A DNA stretch of 64,000 nucleotides. Origin: Catajapyx aquilonaris. Lineage: Eukaryota. The notes beneath the pieces are model-generated. The model was not told where the DNA came from. It did not search any database and saw only the letters and a list, made by a program, of their open reading frames with translations. The stretch lies in contig KZ538002.1 of the NCBI GenBank assembly GCA_000934665.2, forward strand, positions 62,001-126,000. The letters run 5' to 3'. A program made the translations under genes and the position numbers. Positions 36,089 through 50,233 of the stretch are shown piece by piece. Position 1 is the first letter of the stretch. Every line of letters begins with the position of its first letter.

Positions 36089-39000
36089 ATATATGTATAT
36101 TTACACACCATCACGATAATAATTCAAACATATCATTTACGCTGCATTATATGGCCGATGATTAACTGCGCAGATGCAGTACAATGCGTTTCTACATGAA
36201 TACAGGCAGTTTTGGCGGTCAAAAACAGGTTTACCAATATAGTGGTTGGAGGTCTAGAATTAAAAGCATCAAGGTTTTCCCCCCAATTCAATATGGCAAA
36301 AGATGGCATCGATATCACGTTCTGATGCCATCTTTGTAAATATAAAAACAGTAGGGTCATTCCGCATGAAATTTCACGCTAATCGAAAGTGCAGTAGCAT
36401 AAAATTTGATCGCTTCCCTTTGTTTAGAGCAGTAATGGATGTAATATATCTGTTTTAATAATCTTTGAAAACGCCAACTAGGCTATACACCGGTTCTAAT
36501 CAATGGAAGTTTCCGCAGCTGTACCTCATTTTTCGTGCTATTAACCCTTCGGCGTTTTTGTTCACCCCATCCCCCCTTTCCCCATGTCCTTTGTCTCAAA
36601 CCTCCCAAGAATTGGGCTGTCCAAGGACGACAGATTGTGCTGAAGCATGTCCAAAAAATCTTCCAATATTTTTTTTTTGAATTTCTTTTCCCTTCTTTGG
36701 AAGACAGCCGTCGCACGAGGTCTTGGATGGAACAAAAGGAGCCCAATATTTGAATCCGCCCATCAAATGGCAGGTTTCCTTTCTCTTCACAGAGGTGTAC
36801 AAACAGTTGTCTATAAGACAGGATATATCGAATTCTACATTTTTTAAAACCCTCCCAGAACCTGTAATTACATGCCAAGTGCATGATTACAGATCTGTAC
36901 TGCTTCAACGCGTTTTGATTACAGTCAGAATTGAATGAACATATCACAATGTATTCATTTTTTTAAAGAAAATTACCCGAATTTTTAAATGTTGTTATTT
37001 TGTCCAGACATCCCAGCAATGCTGTAAAATGTTTCCAAACAAATGTTTGTTAAACAATGTTCCAGCGGTTTTGGCCCCAGCATGGAAATGGGTCACTAGA
37101 GGCAGAGTCAATCCCCCCCCCCCTCTCTTTCATTTGATGCATCCCGCCAAGTGAGGGCCAAGGTGACATTTGTGGTGACAGGTGTGGTCGGTTGGTGAAG
37201 GGGGAGATGGCGATGGTCTCTTTTGGTGGTCTCCGCCGCGACGTCCCTCCCAGTTAATGACCCTGCCGCCCAGGACAATGACAATGATTACGTACTAATG
37301 GGGTATTTTGCTCGGACCATCCCAGGCGGGGCCCATGTTCAGAAAAAGGGAACAATTTTTTGGCGTGGGAAATGTCCCGTTTACACCCGCAAAAATGCTG
37401 AGTACAGCCTAATTACGATATCCGTCATACCCCCCAACCTTATGGACCAGTAATTAAGTGAAGGTGATTTATCGCCCGATTTTCATTGCGCTAACAAGTC
37501 CGTCAGCTACCCAGCTTCTTATTAACAAGTACCCATCCTCCTCACCCCCTCCACCACCCTTGTCTCGTCAGCACCGATCGGCACCGACAATTCGGCTTTC
37601 ATGAACTAATTGATTCACAATGCGGTTGGAATTGTTAGCAGTCAGTTGTCAGACTGGTTCAGGGGCAGAATCGGCAGGTTTCTCCCTCCCCTCCCTCCCC
37701 CCCCTCTCTTCTTACCTGTACCCAAATGCGAGGGGGCTTTTCTTGGACGGTTGGGTGGTACAGGGGGAGTTGTAAGCAGACGAAAATCTCATCTGTCCCG
37801 CTCCATTCCTCTCGCCATTCCTCAGGTCCTGGTCCAGCCCGAGCTTTTTCCGATACCTTGTTTGGGCGTGGGATTATTTCAGCGTTCCGGGCACGGATGA
37901 CCCGGTGCAGACCCCATAAACTAAGTTGACAGTGCACAAGGGAAGCATCCCAAAACCTGGTGTGGAATGGAGGAGGCTTGTGGGAGAAATCTTCCAGAAG
38001 CAGGGTGCAGTTTGACCAAATAATGATGAATATTATATGTGGAGCTGTACGAAAAAACGCTGAAATGTTGTTTAAAAGTTATATGTCGTGAAATGTGACT
38101 GATTGTTCCGAATTTCTGGTCTTATACGCATTCTGTATGTTGACTGATTTAATCTGTAGTTCCGAGTACAATATTACTAGTGTTTCTTGTTGATAGATGG
38201 CATGATTGCGCTGACACTGATAACATTGTCTTTCCTGGCAGGAGAGGCTCAGCTTTGTTGTTATTTAAAATTCTTCGTGATGTTAATACGACATTAAAAT
38301 TATATTCAAAGGGCTGGGGACACCGCTTTTTTTAACGATCTTGCATCCAGTTCGTCACTGCTGACGACTACGTCAGATTAGGAGTTTGTACCTGTGTGCT
38401 GTGTCACCAACTAGTACCTTTGTAAATTATTGTCAGCTCAAAGTTAATAAAAATTGAAACCCGCACTCCTTCATTTGAAATTTTCAGAATGTTTCTGAAT
38501 ATCAAGTCACCGGAATGAGAAGTCAGAAATGAATTTTTCTGCTTCGATACTTTTTCAACATGGCACCACATCTCGAAAAAAGAAGCATATTTCTCCAAGG
38601 CACACCGGGTGCCTCCATGCAGATGGACGGCCCCGGTGCTTGAACAACATCGTGGACATCCATCACGCGAGCACTCTGAAAATATCCGTCCCATAAATTT
38701 TCACATTCGCTGTTTCCCAGCACTGGAGGCACGTTGTCGTTTTCCAAAGCGCCAAAGTCGAAACCATTACCGTTTCACTCCACACTCTTATGGTCGCCCG
38801 AAGCATATTGTGCAGATTTCATTCCTGAGCGTAATCCCCGCCGACTCGGCACGGTAACCGCTACGCCTTTGCTCGTAGTACTAAAGCCCAGCGAGTGGTC
38901 TTGAGCAAGAAGAGAACCAATCCCTACTGAGATGCCGTTTTCTGAGCCTGCGACATAACATAACGGCCCCAACCACTCCCCTTTTTCTCAATTTTTTTTT

Positions 39001-42000
39001 CTTCCGCCCACATCTTCCTCCACCTGGTAAAGGCCCTTTGCTCGCCCCGGGGCCAGCCTCCCGGACTGCTCAATTTTTAATCGTCCCCTTCTTGCGCCCC
39101 CCTTTTCACGAGGCTCTCACAAAACAAAAGGCTGGAGCGGTGTTGCCTCTGCCGGATGACCCTGAGCATCCCATGCGCGTGGCAGCTTCCAATCGACACT
39201 CTTCAGGGGCCATTGACACTGCTGCACCAAGATGGCGGGTGTCGACACTCTTTTGGCGACATACTCGCGGGTGCCAGTGAATATATGTTGAGGAGCCTTG
39301 TCAGATCCACGAGGAGGCAACGATGGAAGCAGCAGAGAAGCCCACCACCAGGTTCACCACCACCTCTTCCTTCTCCACCACCACCCTCCTTCACTTTCCC
39401 CTGGCGCATTCTCCGACTGGTTTAGATGGCCCCGGGGCCCGGCATTTCGCGTCCCCCACCATCTCTCCAACCAACCATCCGGGCGAAAGGGAACCTGAAG
39501 AACCCCAAAAGAAGCAGCAAAGCAGGTGCTGCTGGCTTCACAGCCGCTCCGGATAAGGCCTCCCGGATCAAAATGGTGGGGGACCAAGGCCTCAAAATGG
39601 CGTCTAGATTGTTGATTTCAAACATATTTCAAAGAGGGTTCGAGTCAAGAGGCCCCCGGATATGCATGTACTCAGCTAGGGTCCAAATTTTGTCTCTTTT
39701 TTTTGCCAGTGTGTTCCATCAGCGATGATGATTTTCAAGAATCGCAGTCGGGAGACGGCAGATCCTTGACGTTTGGTGTACAAAAGCCCAGGCCCATTCC
39801 TTTTACAAACATGGACAAAAATGGTCGTCCATCAAGAGACAGCCGGGATGGACTCATGAAAAGGGAAAACGCGTATTATTTTGCGAGATGTTCCGTGCTC
39901 GGGCGATTATTCGGGACCTGAAGAGTAGCATAACGAATGTTTACTTCCAAAGATTTTTCACCCCCTTCTTAGGATAGGGGAAAAAAAGCGTCTCTGGTGG
40001 TGTAACCGATGTTATACGCCGGTGGGAGGTTGCTTTAGACTGTACGTCAAGTTTCGCGAAATGTTCTGCCCATCATCTAGATGGGTTTCAGCACCGAACG
40101 TTTTCATCGGTCAATTTTGGTCTCTGCGTGCTGGAGAGCTGTAGAAAAAAAAGAAAAACAGAAAAAGTGGTTGCTTTACGAGCAGCCAACCAAATGAATG
40201 TCGCAGCGAGAAAGATGGGGGAAAACCCTCAGGAAATTTTCTAAAGGAGGTGCGCTCGTAAACTTTGACATTTATTGACTACGTATAATGGAACATAATT
40301 TTCTTTTTTCACTGAACTCCGAGTTGAATTTAAATTTAAATTAGCCATTTAAATAACTTTTCACCGGCGAAAACAAATGCATGAGATTTCCACGTGTCCG
40401 GTGTTATGGTTTATATCTACGACTGAATCGCGGGACTCTATGAGCTATCTGGCTGGAATAACCGATTGCTTGACATTTACACCTCAATAAAAATAGGACA
40501 TAATGCGGAAGCCACGCTTCCGCAGTGTGCCATCCAATTCGGTGGCAGCATGTTTGGTCCTATCTCTGTGTTAGAAGTGATTACGGCTTTATATTTGCAT
40601 ATTAAACGCCGTGAGCTACCGTGACGCGCGTCCCATTCAGAGGACCCTAGGCATGAATCAGCCACTTATGCCACTCCAAAGTAGCCAAGACAACTCTGAT
40701 GTTTACCCTAACGTTAGCATCCCTAGGCCCCCTTCCTGCTGCGTCGTGAGGCATGGACGCATATCAAGTTTCATTCTTGGGTGTACGTGCATGATGACCA
40801 CCATGCAATTGTGCCACATTAGCAATGGAATGCCTAGACACACTGCTAACAATACTCTTCCTGCATAATATTGCCGAATAAAATGTGTATAATAAGGGTC
40901 AGGTGGGCAAGAAACGAACTGAAAATGAGGAGGTCCTGGGGACGACATAAAATAATAAAATAATCGAGAAAAATAAAAATTCAATCTGACCGTGAGCACT
41001 TCTCTGTACTAGAGGTGGGGGAAAGAGGGGGTGGGAGTAGGTGGGTGGATGAAGGGTAGGGGGGTGGTTCCATCATTCCGACATGTCCGAAGCTTCCTCC
41101 CAACCGCCAATTACCATCCACCTTTTGCCTCGGCAATTCCCTTTCCAGCCGGTCGGGCTGAACTGGCTCGAGTGACTCGTATAATTATGAACCATCATCT
41201 TTTGAAATTGGTACGTATGGACCCTTAAAATGAGAAAGTTATTTCCCCTCCGCCGTAAAACAAATGCAATCAGAGGGGCAACAAATGATATCTTTCCAGG
41301 AGTCACACTGTCCTTCCATTTCTTTCTACTATTTTTTTTTCATTTCTTTATTTTTTATATATATACACGGCTGTACCCGAATCAGAGATAAGTACGGATA
41401 ATGATGTGTTTGCCCAGCCCATTTTTTGCGGACGTCCTGCATTGGTGGAGGGAAAAAAAGGACACACAGAGACGTACGTGTCGCTCGGAAAGTCAAATGA
41501 TCGTTATTTCCCTCGAGGGCTGCAGGTAAAATTGCAGTCGGAAAGTTCGGCCACAGAAAAATCTTGACCACTGTTTTTCCCCTCCCAGACTGACAATAAT
41601 GAAGCCTTGTTGCTCGTCTGCAGACAGAGACAGACGGGTCATTACGTGCGTCTGAACAAACGGATATTTTTGGCACGCCTTCTTCCTCTCGCAGGGTGTT
41701 CGGTAGTCACTCGTGCTTCCAACATTGCCATTCTACTCATTACCTATCCAAATTCGGAATATCCCTCGATACGCACACCAAGGATGTAACGGTTCTATAT
41801 GAGTGACTAAAGCTACTGACGCCAATACAAAAAAGGCAACCCTGCTGTCATATTCAATTTTGAAGATTACTTGTCACATAATGTTGCAAACGGTTACAAA
41901 CCGTGAGATGGATTAGGAGTGTGTGATTTGACATGCCCGAATCACGGCACTAGCGGTTCCGGCTACGGTTTTATGCAGTTTTCTTTGTCACCTCCAGGTG

Positions 42001-42107
42001 AAAAAGGCGTTGTCAAAATTAGACACAGGCGCTTCCTCTATTTCTTTCCCACACTTCTTCCCAACTTAATTTTAAAATATTTTCACAAGTCAATATAATG
42101 AGCACTA

Positions 42108-42134
42108 ATGATGATGATGATGATGATGATGATG
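42108..42134. repeat. (GAT)n microsatellite
   Basis: Seen directly. Confidence 0.9.
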
Positions 42135-42907
42135 CAATCGGACGAATCACGTGCAAATAGTTTCGGCGGTTTCTCTCTGCATTCGCACGAGTTTTCTCGG
42201 GAATCGTTCCTGTCTGCCCACAATCAAAATCCATCAAAGCACAGTGTTTCTAAAGACAGCAATTTAAAAGCAGATCCCTAGAAGGCCTATTGCAGGGTAT
42301 CCAATTAATTATTTTGCATGTTGCGGAAATGCTGCTTGTCTCTGTCTCTAAACATTGGCGCGCGACGGCGTTACAGAAATGTCTCTAGCGGTTTTTCTCA
42401 CAACTCACACTGTGAATCTCTTCTGAGAATCCCTTCAATAGCTTCAAAGCCTCTTTGTTCTATTCCTGACGCCGCAAAACTCATGGTGATACACATTATT
42501 GCATCGCCAATCCGACCCGTTCATTCGTCCGTTCGACCCACAACCGGCAACAATAGCACCTGTCACAAACAATACGACTTGGTTAGTAGGAAACGTCCGA
42601 ATATATTACGACGACATAGACTTGGCCAATGGCTTCTTTGTTCATCGGGGTAGCTGGGATTCCTACTCATACCATGGCGACCCTGAGGAATCTTCTTCGG
42701 CCACTTCCTGAATCTCTGGCCCCCCTCTAACAAAAGGCAGGGCGTCGGTGTATTGTTATTAGTCCGGCGAACTAATTAACTGTGGTCCCTTTTCAACCGT
42801 CCCGTTTGGTGGGATAGGAGGAAGGCAGATGGGGTAGAAGGGGGACCCCCTGGTGCCAGAAGGACACGAGTTGGCCCCGGACGACGAAGCCGCCCCCCCC
42901 CCCCCCC

Positions 42908-42919
42908 NNNNNNNNNNNN
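42908..42919. other. assembly gap (12 N) after a poly-C run; single N also at 22437
   Basis: N characters in the sequence. Confidence 0.98.
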
Positions 42920-43642
42920 CAATACGCTAGTGGTCTTGTTGGCATGGCTGTTCATTTAGGACCAGAGAGAGAGGAGCACTAATACAGAGGATTTTGGCAA
43001 CTCATTCTGGATGATGTGCAAAATTTCCCTGCCGCAAGAAACGACGACAATATAGCAACAATTCGCAAAAAAGTAGGAAGAGTTAAAATAATCAACCTGT
43101 ATATAGGGAGAAAAGAGAAAACCCTGCACGTTGCAGGTCCAAAAGGCAGGTTGGGGCTATTTCTATGAGTCTAAACTTGCTATAAATATGTTGTCGTATA
43201 ACCTAGCCAATTAGAGCAAATCGAAACGCTTCAAAGAGAAATGTCACGTCCTGTAGTCTGCTGTATTAAACAAGGTTGTGAATGACACAAGCAGCTGAAA
43301 ATGGTGAGGGCAATCTTAACAATTTCTTCAACGTTCCCCTGATTAATGAAATTGACAAAGTAATATTTTGAATCCTGAATTGTGAATATGCCGTGTGCTA
43401 CATAATATTTAACTCATTCTAAATGTACCATCTTGGCAAAAATAAAGGTCCATGCCCAAATCTCTGAAGATTCATCCAATTATTATATTATTATTTAAAA
43501 AACTCATTAACGTTTGTGAGAATTTCGAGGACTCTCGGATAAGTCGCTTAATCTTCAAATTTGGCGGATAGGTATGCGGTATAGCATACTATTTGATATG
43601 TTAAATGAGCTTTCCAACAGTGTATATACATAACCCACTGCT

Positions 43643-43885
43643 GGGTATTTCCACGCAAGCACAGCCATATTGTCCGTTCGTTACGTAGGTTTTGCAGACA
43701 TGAACTAGCGTATTTAATTGTAACAATACACACACACATTATATGAAATGGATTAAGTATGCATACTAATCCATTTCATGCAATGTGTGCGTGTGTGTGC
43801 ATTGTTACAATAAAATACGCTAGTACACGTCTGCAAAACCTGCGTAACGAGAGGACAATATGTCTGTGTTTGCGTGGAAATGCCC
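43643..43885. mobile_element. ~245-bp fold-back (palindromic MITE-like) element
   Basis: Arms GGGTATTTCCACGCAAGCACAG... / ...CTGTGTTTGCGTGGAAATGCCC, centred on GTATGCATAC; the ORF track shows near-identical peptides on both strands. Confidence 0.85.
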
Positions 43886-43972
43886 TGCTACATTCGCAGA
43901 TGAGGCGACAGGAGAGTGGAAATTATAGCGTACGAACTAAATTCTAAAGCATGAGATGTACTAGTACGTATG

Positions 43973-44139
43973 TGTTAAGCTAAAACCCCGAAAACGGCCA
44001 TTGGCCGAAAAAAACGACCATACTTAGGTATGGTCGCCTGCAACAGAGCCAGACCTCGGTCTGGTCATTTCCGAACCAGTCGGAACTAGGTCTGGTCGTT
44101 TTTTAGTACAATGGCCGTTTTCGGGCGTTGAGCCTAACA
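43973..44139. mobile_element. Ginger-like MITE (TGT...ACA termini, 4-bp TSD)
   Basis: TGTTAAGCTAAAACCCCGAAAACGGCCATTG / CAATGGCCGTTTTCGGGCGTTGAGCCTAACA, TATG on both flanks, small internal hairpins. Confidence 0.7.
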
Positions 44140-45085
44140 TATGCATTGTTGTCATCATCTACTACCTGGGTACTTCTACATATTTTAAACGGCATGGTTA
44201 TACAGTACTTTCTACGATATTGGAAAAACCTAAATAGGCAAAATTATTGTCGATTGTCATCGCATGTTCCTTTCCCACGGAAGCAGACAATTATTATTAT
44301 TTAATTATAACGTGATATTTTCATACAGTTTGTTAGACATTTGTCGCTCGGAACTGACTGGAAGAAATAAAAAGGGCCCGAGTCCACCTATTCCGAAATG
44401 GAGATATTTGTTATGGTAAATGTTCTGCTCGTGAAGGAGCATAAGATAATAATATGACATATCCAAAGGCCCATTGGATCCCATATAAACACCAACTTCA
44501 AGAACGAGACATCATTTAGGAAAAGACCCCTCAAATATGTCAACGTTTATCGCCTTCAGAATGTTTTACAAAAAGCACCAGGTGACTGATAAACAGGTCT
44601 GAAAGACTGTGCAATGTTCTTCTTTCCCTGTAACTAACGCATTGATTTGTGTATAACTTACAGTACATCAAATGATTACCCAAATTTTATTACAGAAGAT
44701 ACTATTGAAATCATTCTTATTGTGCCTGGCAGTAGGCCTACATAAACTTAGTGGTTAAAATTAATGAATATTGGAGGCTATATTGATTCTCAAAATCGAA
44801 GGAAAATTGTAATTCTGAGACAGAACTTTGAGCCTTTTTTCGCCCAGAGCACCCTAGTACTGCACACGAGTCTGTGAACAGACACGACTCCTCCGGGGCG
44901 ATTGTATTCTCGATTGTGCGGGAGGACGGGAGCTATTTATTGCGGAATCTAACACACTCATATCCCAGCCGATCAATCAAGAAGAAAAATCGACAGAAAT
45001 AATTCTACAAATAACTAAGAAATCCCGCGGGCGACCACTGACATGAACTCCCACTTGCAATGGCCCAAGTGCGCCGGTTAAGCAT

Positions 45086-45788
45086 ATTATTATATTGTTG
45101 GGATAATTATTTTTATTTTTTAAAAAATTATTTTACCCCATTGAGAGATCAACGCTCTATTAGGGGGGGGGGGGGGGAACACCACCGTATTTTCCATTTT
45201 CTTGGTTTATTTTATTTCCTTCAAACTCCGGTGCAGGGAAATCAGGGAAATTGGGTAAGGATATAATTTAGGGATTTTTGGGGAGGGGACACGGGTGCAA
45301 GTGGAATGTCTCAAACTGGGCCATGTGCAGTCCCCCAGGAGGTTAGGTTGCCAGACACATCCTTGGTGCAGGTCAGAGACCCTCCTGATGCAGCCGAAAG
45401 GGAAATCCCGGGATGGGATCGAACCCAGGACCTTTCGATCAGCAAACCGCGCCGTTACCAGCTCGGCCACCACACCTCCCCCATGTTGGGAGAATATCCC
45501 AATGGAGGTCCCGGCTGGTTCGCCAGCGACGGTACTCTATTACTCGAGTGGTCCCCGGACCTGACTCGCATTTCTTGGTCGGACGGGGTGCTTGGGAGAA
45601 TATCCCACCCCCGTCGCTGGGTTGGACCCGGCATTGCAGCAGAGCCGGGGCCAGCCCCCCCCCCCACCCTTCTAACCCACCCCCTACCTTGCAATCCCAT
45701 ACCTTCCTCTCCTACCCCCAGCTGCCAAGGCTCGACTCAGAAAGAGCCATACAAGCTGGGTAACCCTTCCAACCAACCAACCAACCAA
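45086..45788 (+). mobile_element. non-LTR retroposon 3' fragment with (AACC)n tail, containing a nested SINE
   Basis: Imperfect TSD GCCGGTTAAGCAT (45073-45085) / GCCAGTTAGGCAT (45789-45801); tail AACCAACCAACCAACCAA. Confidence 0.6.
45107..45482 (-). mobile_element. tRNA-derived SINE, copy 1
   Basis: Head GGGGGAGGTGTGGTGGCCGAGCTGG (A box) ... GGTTCGATCCC (B box), A-rich tail, TGTTGGGA on both flanks, homologous to the 50457 copy. Confidence 0.88.
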
Positions 45789-47193
45789 GCCAGTTAGGCA
45801 TGAAATTGTGTTAATATAGACTAGTTCAAAAAAATATTTTTTAAATATTTTAACAAACATGTTAATCACTCAACTGACCTGATGAGCGGTCCCAACACAC
45901 TCATATCCCATCCGACCAAACGAGAAGAAAAATCGACTAAAATTATTCTACCGGTACCCATAGTGTGCCGCGGACGACCGCTGACATGAACTTCCACTTG
46001 CAGTGGCCCCAGTGCGCCGGTTAGGCAATGAAATTGTGCTAATCTGGACTTAAAATAAATAAAATAAAATATTTTAACAAACATTTAAATCACTCCACTG
46101 ACCTGATGAGGGTCCGAACTCATATCCTATCCGATCAAACAAGAATAACAATCGACTGAAATTCTACACGTAACTAAGAAATGCCGCGGACGACCACTGA
46201 TATGAACTTCCACTTGCAGTGGCCCCAGTGCGCCGGTTAGGCATGAAATTGTGTGGATATTAACAAACATTTTAATCACTCAACACTCAACTGACCTGAT
46301 GAGGGTCAAGGCAGTACCTTAATGGTACTTGTAGTACGTTGGCCACCTCGCGAACCAGAGTCCTTCTAGCGGGCACTTCTAGTGGGTAAAGGCCCACTAG
46401 GCACTTCAACAGTTCTGGTTGTGCAATACCGCTGACCGACCAGTCTCTCTCCTATCATTGACCTGTACGTCCATCATGACACCTTCATGCCAAAGGTCAT
46501 CAACAACTTCATGTTATCAGTCAAATCAGTGGTAAAGTATAATGGAAGGAGTTCGAGAGGAAACCGGAGTAGCCCTGTGCCTGAGAACGCTCTGCCTGCT
46601 TACCCCCGCATGAGAGCTATGCTCAAAGAGGGAGCCATATACCCGGTATACGTATGAGTGTCCGCGGCTGTTCCTGGGTAAAGACAGCCCCACCTGCATG
46701 GCATCGCGGCACCCCTACAACCTCCACTTGCTCAACACGCGCAAGAGGTGAGCCATCCCCGCGGTTACACAGGGGCTGAGGAGGCATGTTAGTAACAGAA
46801 GGTTTTATTATTACGGTCGGAAGAAGTTGTACGTTGGCAAACTCGCCCAATCACATATAAAGTATTACTAGGGTCCAGTTGCCAAAATTAGGCAAAAGTG
46901 CGAAAGTGGAAGGGGGAGAGAGAGAGACGCGCACCGCGACATCCGACGGCGATGCGAAGAAGTAAGCGAGTCGGCCGCACCCAGCCGGTAACGACAGAAA
47001 TGGGAATTCCGTGGTCGGCCTTTTTATTGAGTTGTTTTGCGTTTTTTCCTTATTTTGAACTTTACGAAGTTCCTCGGCACAGTTTCCAAGAAACAAAAGT
47101 GGTTTGCAAATATAGAAAACGCGGGTAAAATTTTGACACCACTCCCAATGCTGTAGGCCGTACACAGCGGGAGGAGTTGCCCTCACAGTATAG

Positions 47194-47195
<2 letters not shown>

Positions 47196-47274
<79 letters not shown>
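47196..47274. repeat. (TAA)n microsatellite, possibly a LINE tail
   Basis: Seen directly; source of the poly-Leu ORF 46851-47378. Confidence 0.92.
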
Positions 47275-47276
<2 letters not shown>

Positions 47277-50012
47277 ATTGTTGTTGTTATTAACTGCTAC
47301 TATTCTACTACTAAGGCAACTGGCTGCTGAACTACACAGGTCACTGTACCTAAGAACGGGAAAACGCAATGGCCCCAAAGAAACTGAAAAAAATTCGACA
47401 TCTTATTGCCCTCAGTTATTGCAGTGGGTTGTATTCAGGTAATGCTTTTGGTTTCATCTAGCTACGCGTATATTCCACATGGAATATTATTTTCTCCAGA
47501 CAGTACAGGTAATAAATACGCTCTGGACTATATTGGTGGAGTTCCACAGGCCAATGTCCTATACATCGTGAAGTAGCCTGTGTTAGGCCTTCACCAGACA
47601 AGATTGACCTGTCGAGAGCAATATTTAGGAAAGATCCGATGATGTTTTTATCCAGGCATGTCAAGACCTCCATCCCTAAAAGCTGTACGCGTTGTACCCC
47701 CAGCCATTTTGTGATCCTTGCTCGTTTGTGATGCCGGAATCCTTCTCATCCTATTTAATCCTTCTGAAAACCGAAAGAGTAGTAGTTGATCGGTAGCCGA
47801 ATAGTCAGCTTAGCCAAGGTAGGTGGAAGCCGTTTCCCTCCCCCACCAGCACATCAGGGGAGACCCCCGTCATTAGAGGGTAGTCTGGTGGGTGATGGGA
47901 GGAGAAGCCACGCAACCTCTTCAGCTGCTGCTACCACGAATTCCAGGAGCATGCTTCTGCCCGATAAGACCCTTGCCCTCTCCGCAACTTCACTGTCTTT
48001 CAGGAATTTTCTTAACCTCCCCCCCCCCCTCCTGCATGATTAGCAAGCAGGGAGTTTTGCACAAATTTCGTCTAGCAAAAATCCTCTTGCAATTTGAGGG
48101 GAGAGCAGATCCAATCTCAGATTAATAACTTGGCATCAGCTTCCGACCATTTTTGCTCGATAAGTATCGGGGTGGTTGGAGTAGGTGGGAAGGAGGGGAG
48201 GGAAGGGGGGCGTCGATTACGTGCCTAGGCTATTGTCTAGGAGCGAACATTCCTGGCGGGCAGGTGTTGCCTGGAAGGCAACGGAACCAATACCAGCTCC
48301 GGATCATTACACAGCAATGCGGCTGCTGCGATAAAACTCCTACCAAGATAAGATGTAATACTCGAGGAACATCTTGGTATACCTGCAGGTACAGTTAGGT
48401 TATTGAATTTTTTTGGTCAGTAGATGTGGCACATTTGGAACATTTCTCGTCTGATATTTCGCCTGGGTTGTGTACTATCGTAGGCTAGAAGATTCCATCG
48501 GTCTAAATTTGATTATAACTTAGCTAATGTAGAATGATGCCCTTTAGGGGGTGGAGAAGTCAAATCAGATTTGCTCAGCCAGGTGGCTCTGGAGCAAACC
48601 GAAACGCCCTATGCCCCCTGGACCTGCTACCGGTACCTATTGCCTCGTACTCTGTAATATTTTCATAACAGTAGCTGGTCGTGTAGAAAATGCCTTTGCT
48701 TTACTTGCGATGACCCAGTCTTTTAGTCGCATGTAGCCAGGTAATTGCTTCGGGTGCTGTCCATGTCAAATACGTCTATCATTGTGACGCGAGAAATAAT
48801 TAGGAACGAGTGAAAGCGCTATCCTTAATCGGCGCCATAAACGTCACCTAGGCATGCTTGCCAAATATCCTAAGCTATAAATATCTTTCCTCGAGTACCT
48901 GTAGCCTACGATCACTTTGCCATAGCATTACTTCGATGAGGATGATAACAAAATTCCGCACCATCTTTTATATCATTATCAAAAAACTTTTGTTGGTCTT
49001 TAAAAATGTATCGCCTGATACGTACTGTATGTCTTCCGCGGCAATCAATATAAAGTACTGTACGTATTAATAGACATAGAGAGACATCCCTTGAAGAACA
49101 CGGCCAACGTAATCCGAAAATATGTCCCTAAATCTCCTGCACGTATATCGTATACGTTAGGCCCCCCCAGAGAGCCGGGTGGCAAGGGAATGACATGCAC
49201 ATTCCCTGGGCCGGCTCTCTCCTTGTGTGATGCAGTTGACGACGGAGGACCTCTTCTCCAGACGATGAATGCCTCATGGCTGTCCAATGGCCACCCCCTC
49301 GGTAATGAACTGCGGTCATTGTGGTACCGGTAGGCGGTACATTTCGGTCCCGTCTGCACAAAAATCGGAATTAATGAAAAGAATTTTGCGCAGTTGATAC
49401 AGAACCGCTGAGGTGTAATAATAACATGGCGGTAAATGAAACGTGGCTTCCAGTTCAAGGGACGCCAGAAAGGAGGACAATGGCGCCTCTGATGGCGCAA
49501 AAATGAAGCAGCACATTTATTAGCAGGCGATGATGACAAATGCGCACAATAAGGGCTTATCACGTGCATGTGTTGCCGACGTAAGGCTATACTAAGGCGC
49601 TGTAATTAATGGGCGTACGTCACTCGCCCGGAAAAATGGAAGACAATCGCATGCTTTCCAAAAAGTGCCGTTTGAAGCTAACTAGAAAGAGACAAAAACA
49701 GGGAGGTTAATGCAAAGCGCCTATGTTAGTCAATAATGAGGACGGTGTAGCAGCCACCATTGTTTCAGAAAAATACGTCTGCCCCTAACGGGGCTTCTCG
49801 GTCATTCACGCCAATGGCGACACTGTCAATTAACATGGGTGACAAATGCACGGTTGCAGTTATGTAATTGCGGTTCACTGTTTTCCTCGTGCCGTTTGAT
49901 TAGAGGATGATGCATTTCATCTAATGCACTATACCTAAATGGCATACTAGTGAATGCAATCAGCTTATATGAATTATGTTGTTGACAAAATGTCAATGTG
50001 TGAGTTATAGTG

Positions 50013-50233
50013 TATAGATCGGTCAACATAAGAACGCAACCGAGTGTGGCGCACAGGATGCAATCCTGGAATGAGAAGTGATATGTGCGTAAGCACGATA
50101 ATTATGATCTATTGTAGGTTACACTTATTTCTGACACTGGAATGGCCATACAGATCACTTCTGATTCCAGTATTGCATTCTGTGCGCCACGGCGATGCAC
50201 TCTCGGTTGCGTTATTATGTTGACCGATCTATA
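50013..50233. mobile_element. MITE with ~70-bp TIRs
   Basis: TATAGATCGGTCAACATAAGAACGCAACCGAG..TGGCGCACAG / CTGTGCGCCA..CTCGGTTGCGTTATTATGTTGACCGATCTATA. Confidence 0.85.

Larger units (their letters stand above)
44951..46308. repeat. tandem repeat of ~190-225-bp units (about 3 copies), first unit interrupted by retroposons
   Basis: Recurrent CACTCAACTGACCTGATGAG, CCGCGGACGACC.CTGA and CCACTTGCAGTGGCCCCAGTGCGCCGGTTAGGCA blocks; units start near 44951, 45867, 46091 and 46284. Confidence 0.9.

Noticed and set aside
45400..45482. tRNA genes here and at 50735-50810
   Set aside because: A and B boxes are present but continue into a shared body, tail and TSD, so these are SINE heads rather than tRNAs
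45867..46308. Hammerhead ribozyme / retrozyme in the ~200-bp tandem units (CTGATGAG in each unit)
   Set aside because: No conserved stem II-GAAA-stem III-UH follows: one unit has GAAC and the others lack GAA at that position. No strand complementary to stem I was found. An Infernal or RNAMotif hammerhead search would settle it.
44951..46308. CRISPR-like array
   Set aside because: Eukaryotic intron; whole units are homologous, with no unique spacers and no cas genes
46851..47378. 175-aa ORF with a poly-Leu pseudo-TM segment
   Set aside because: Produced by the (TAA)n microsatellite
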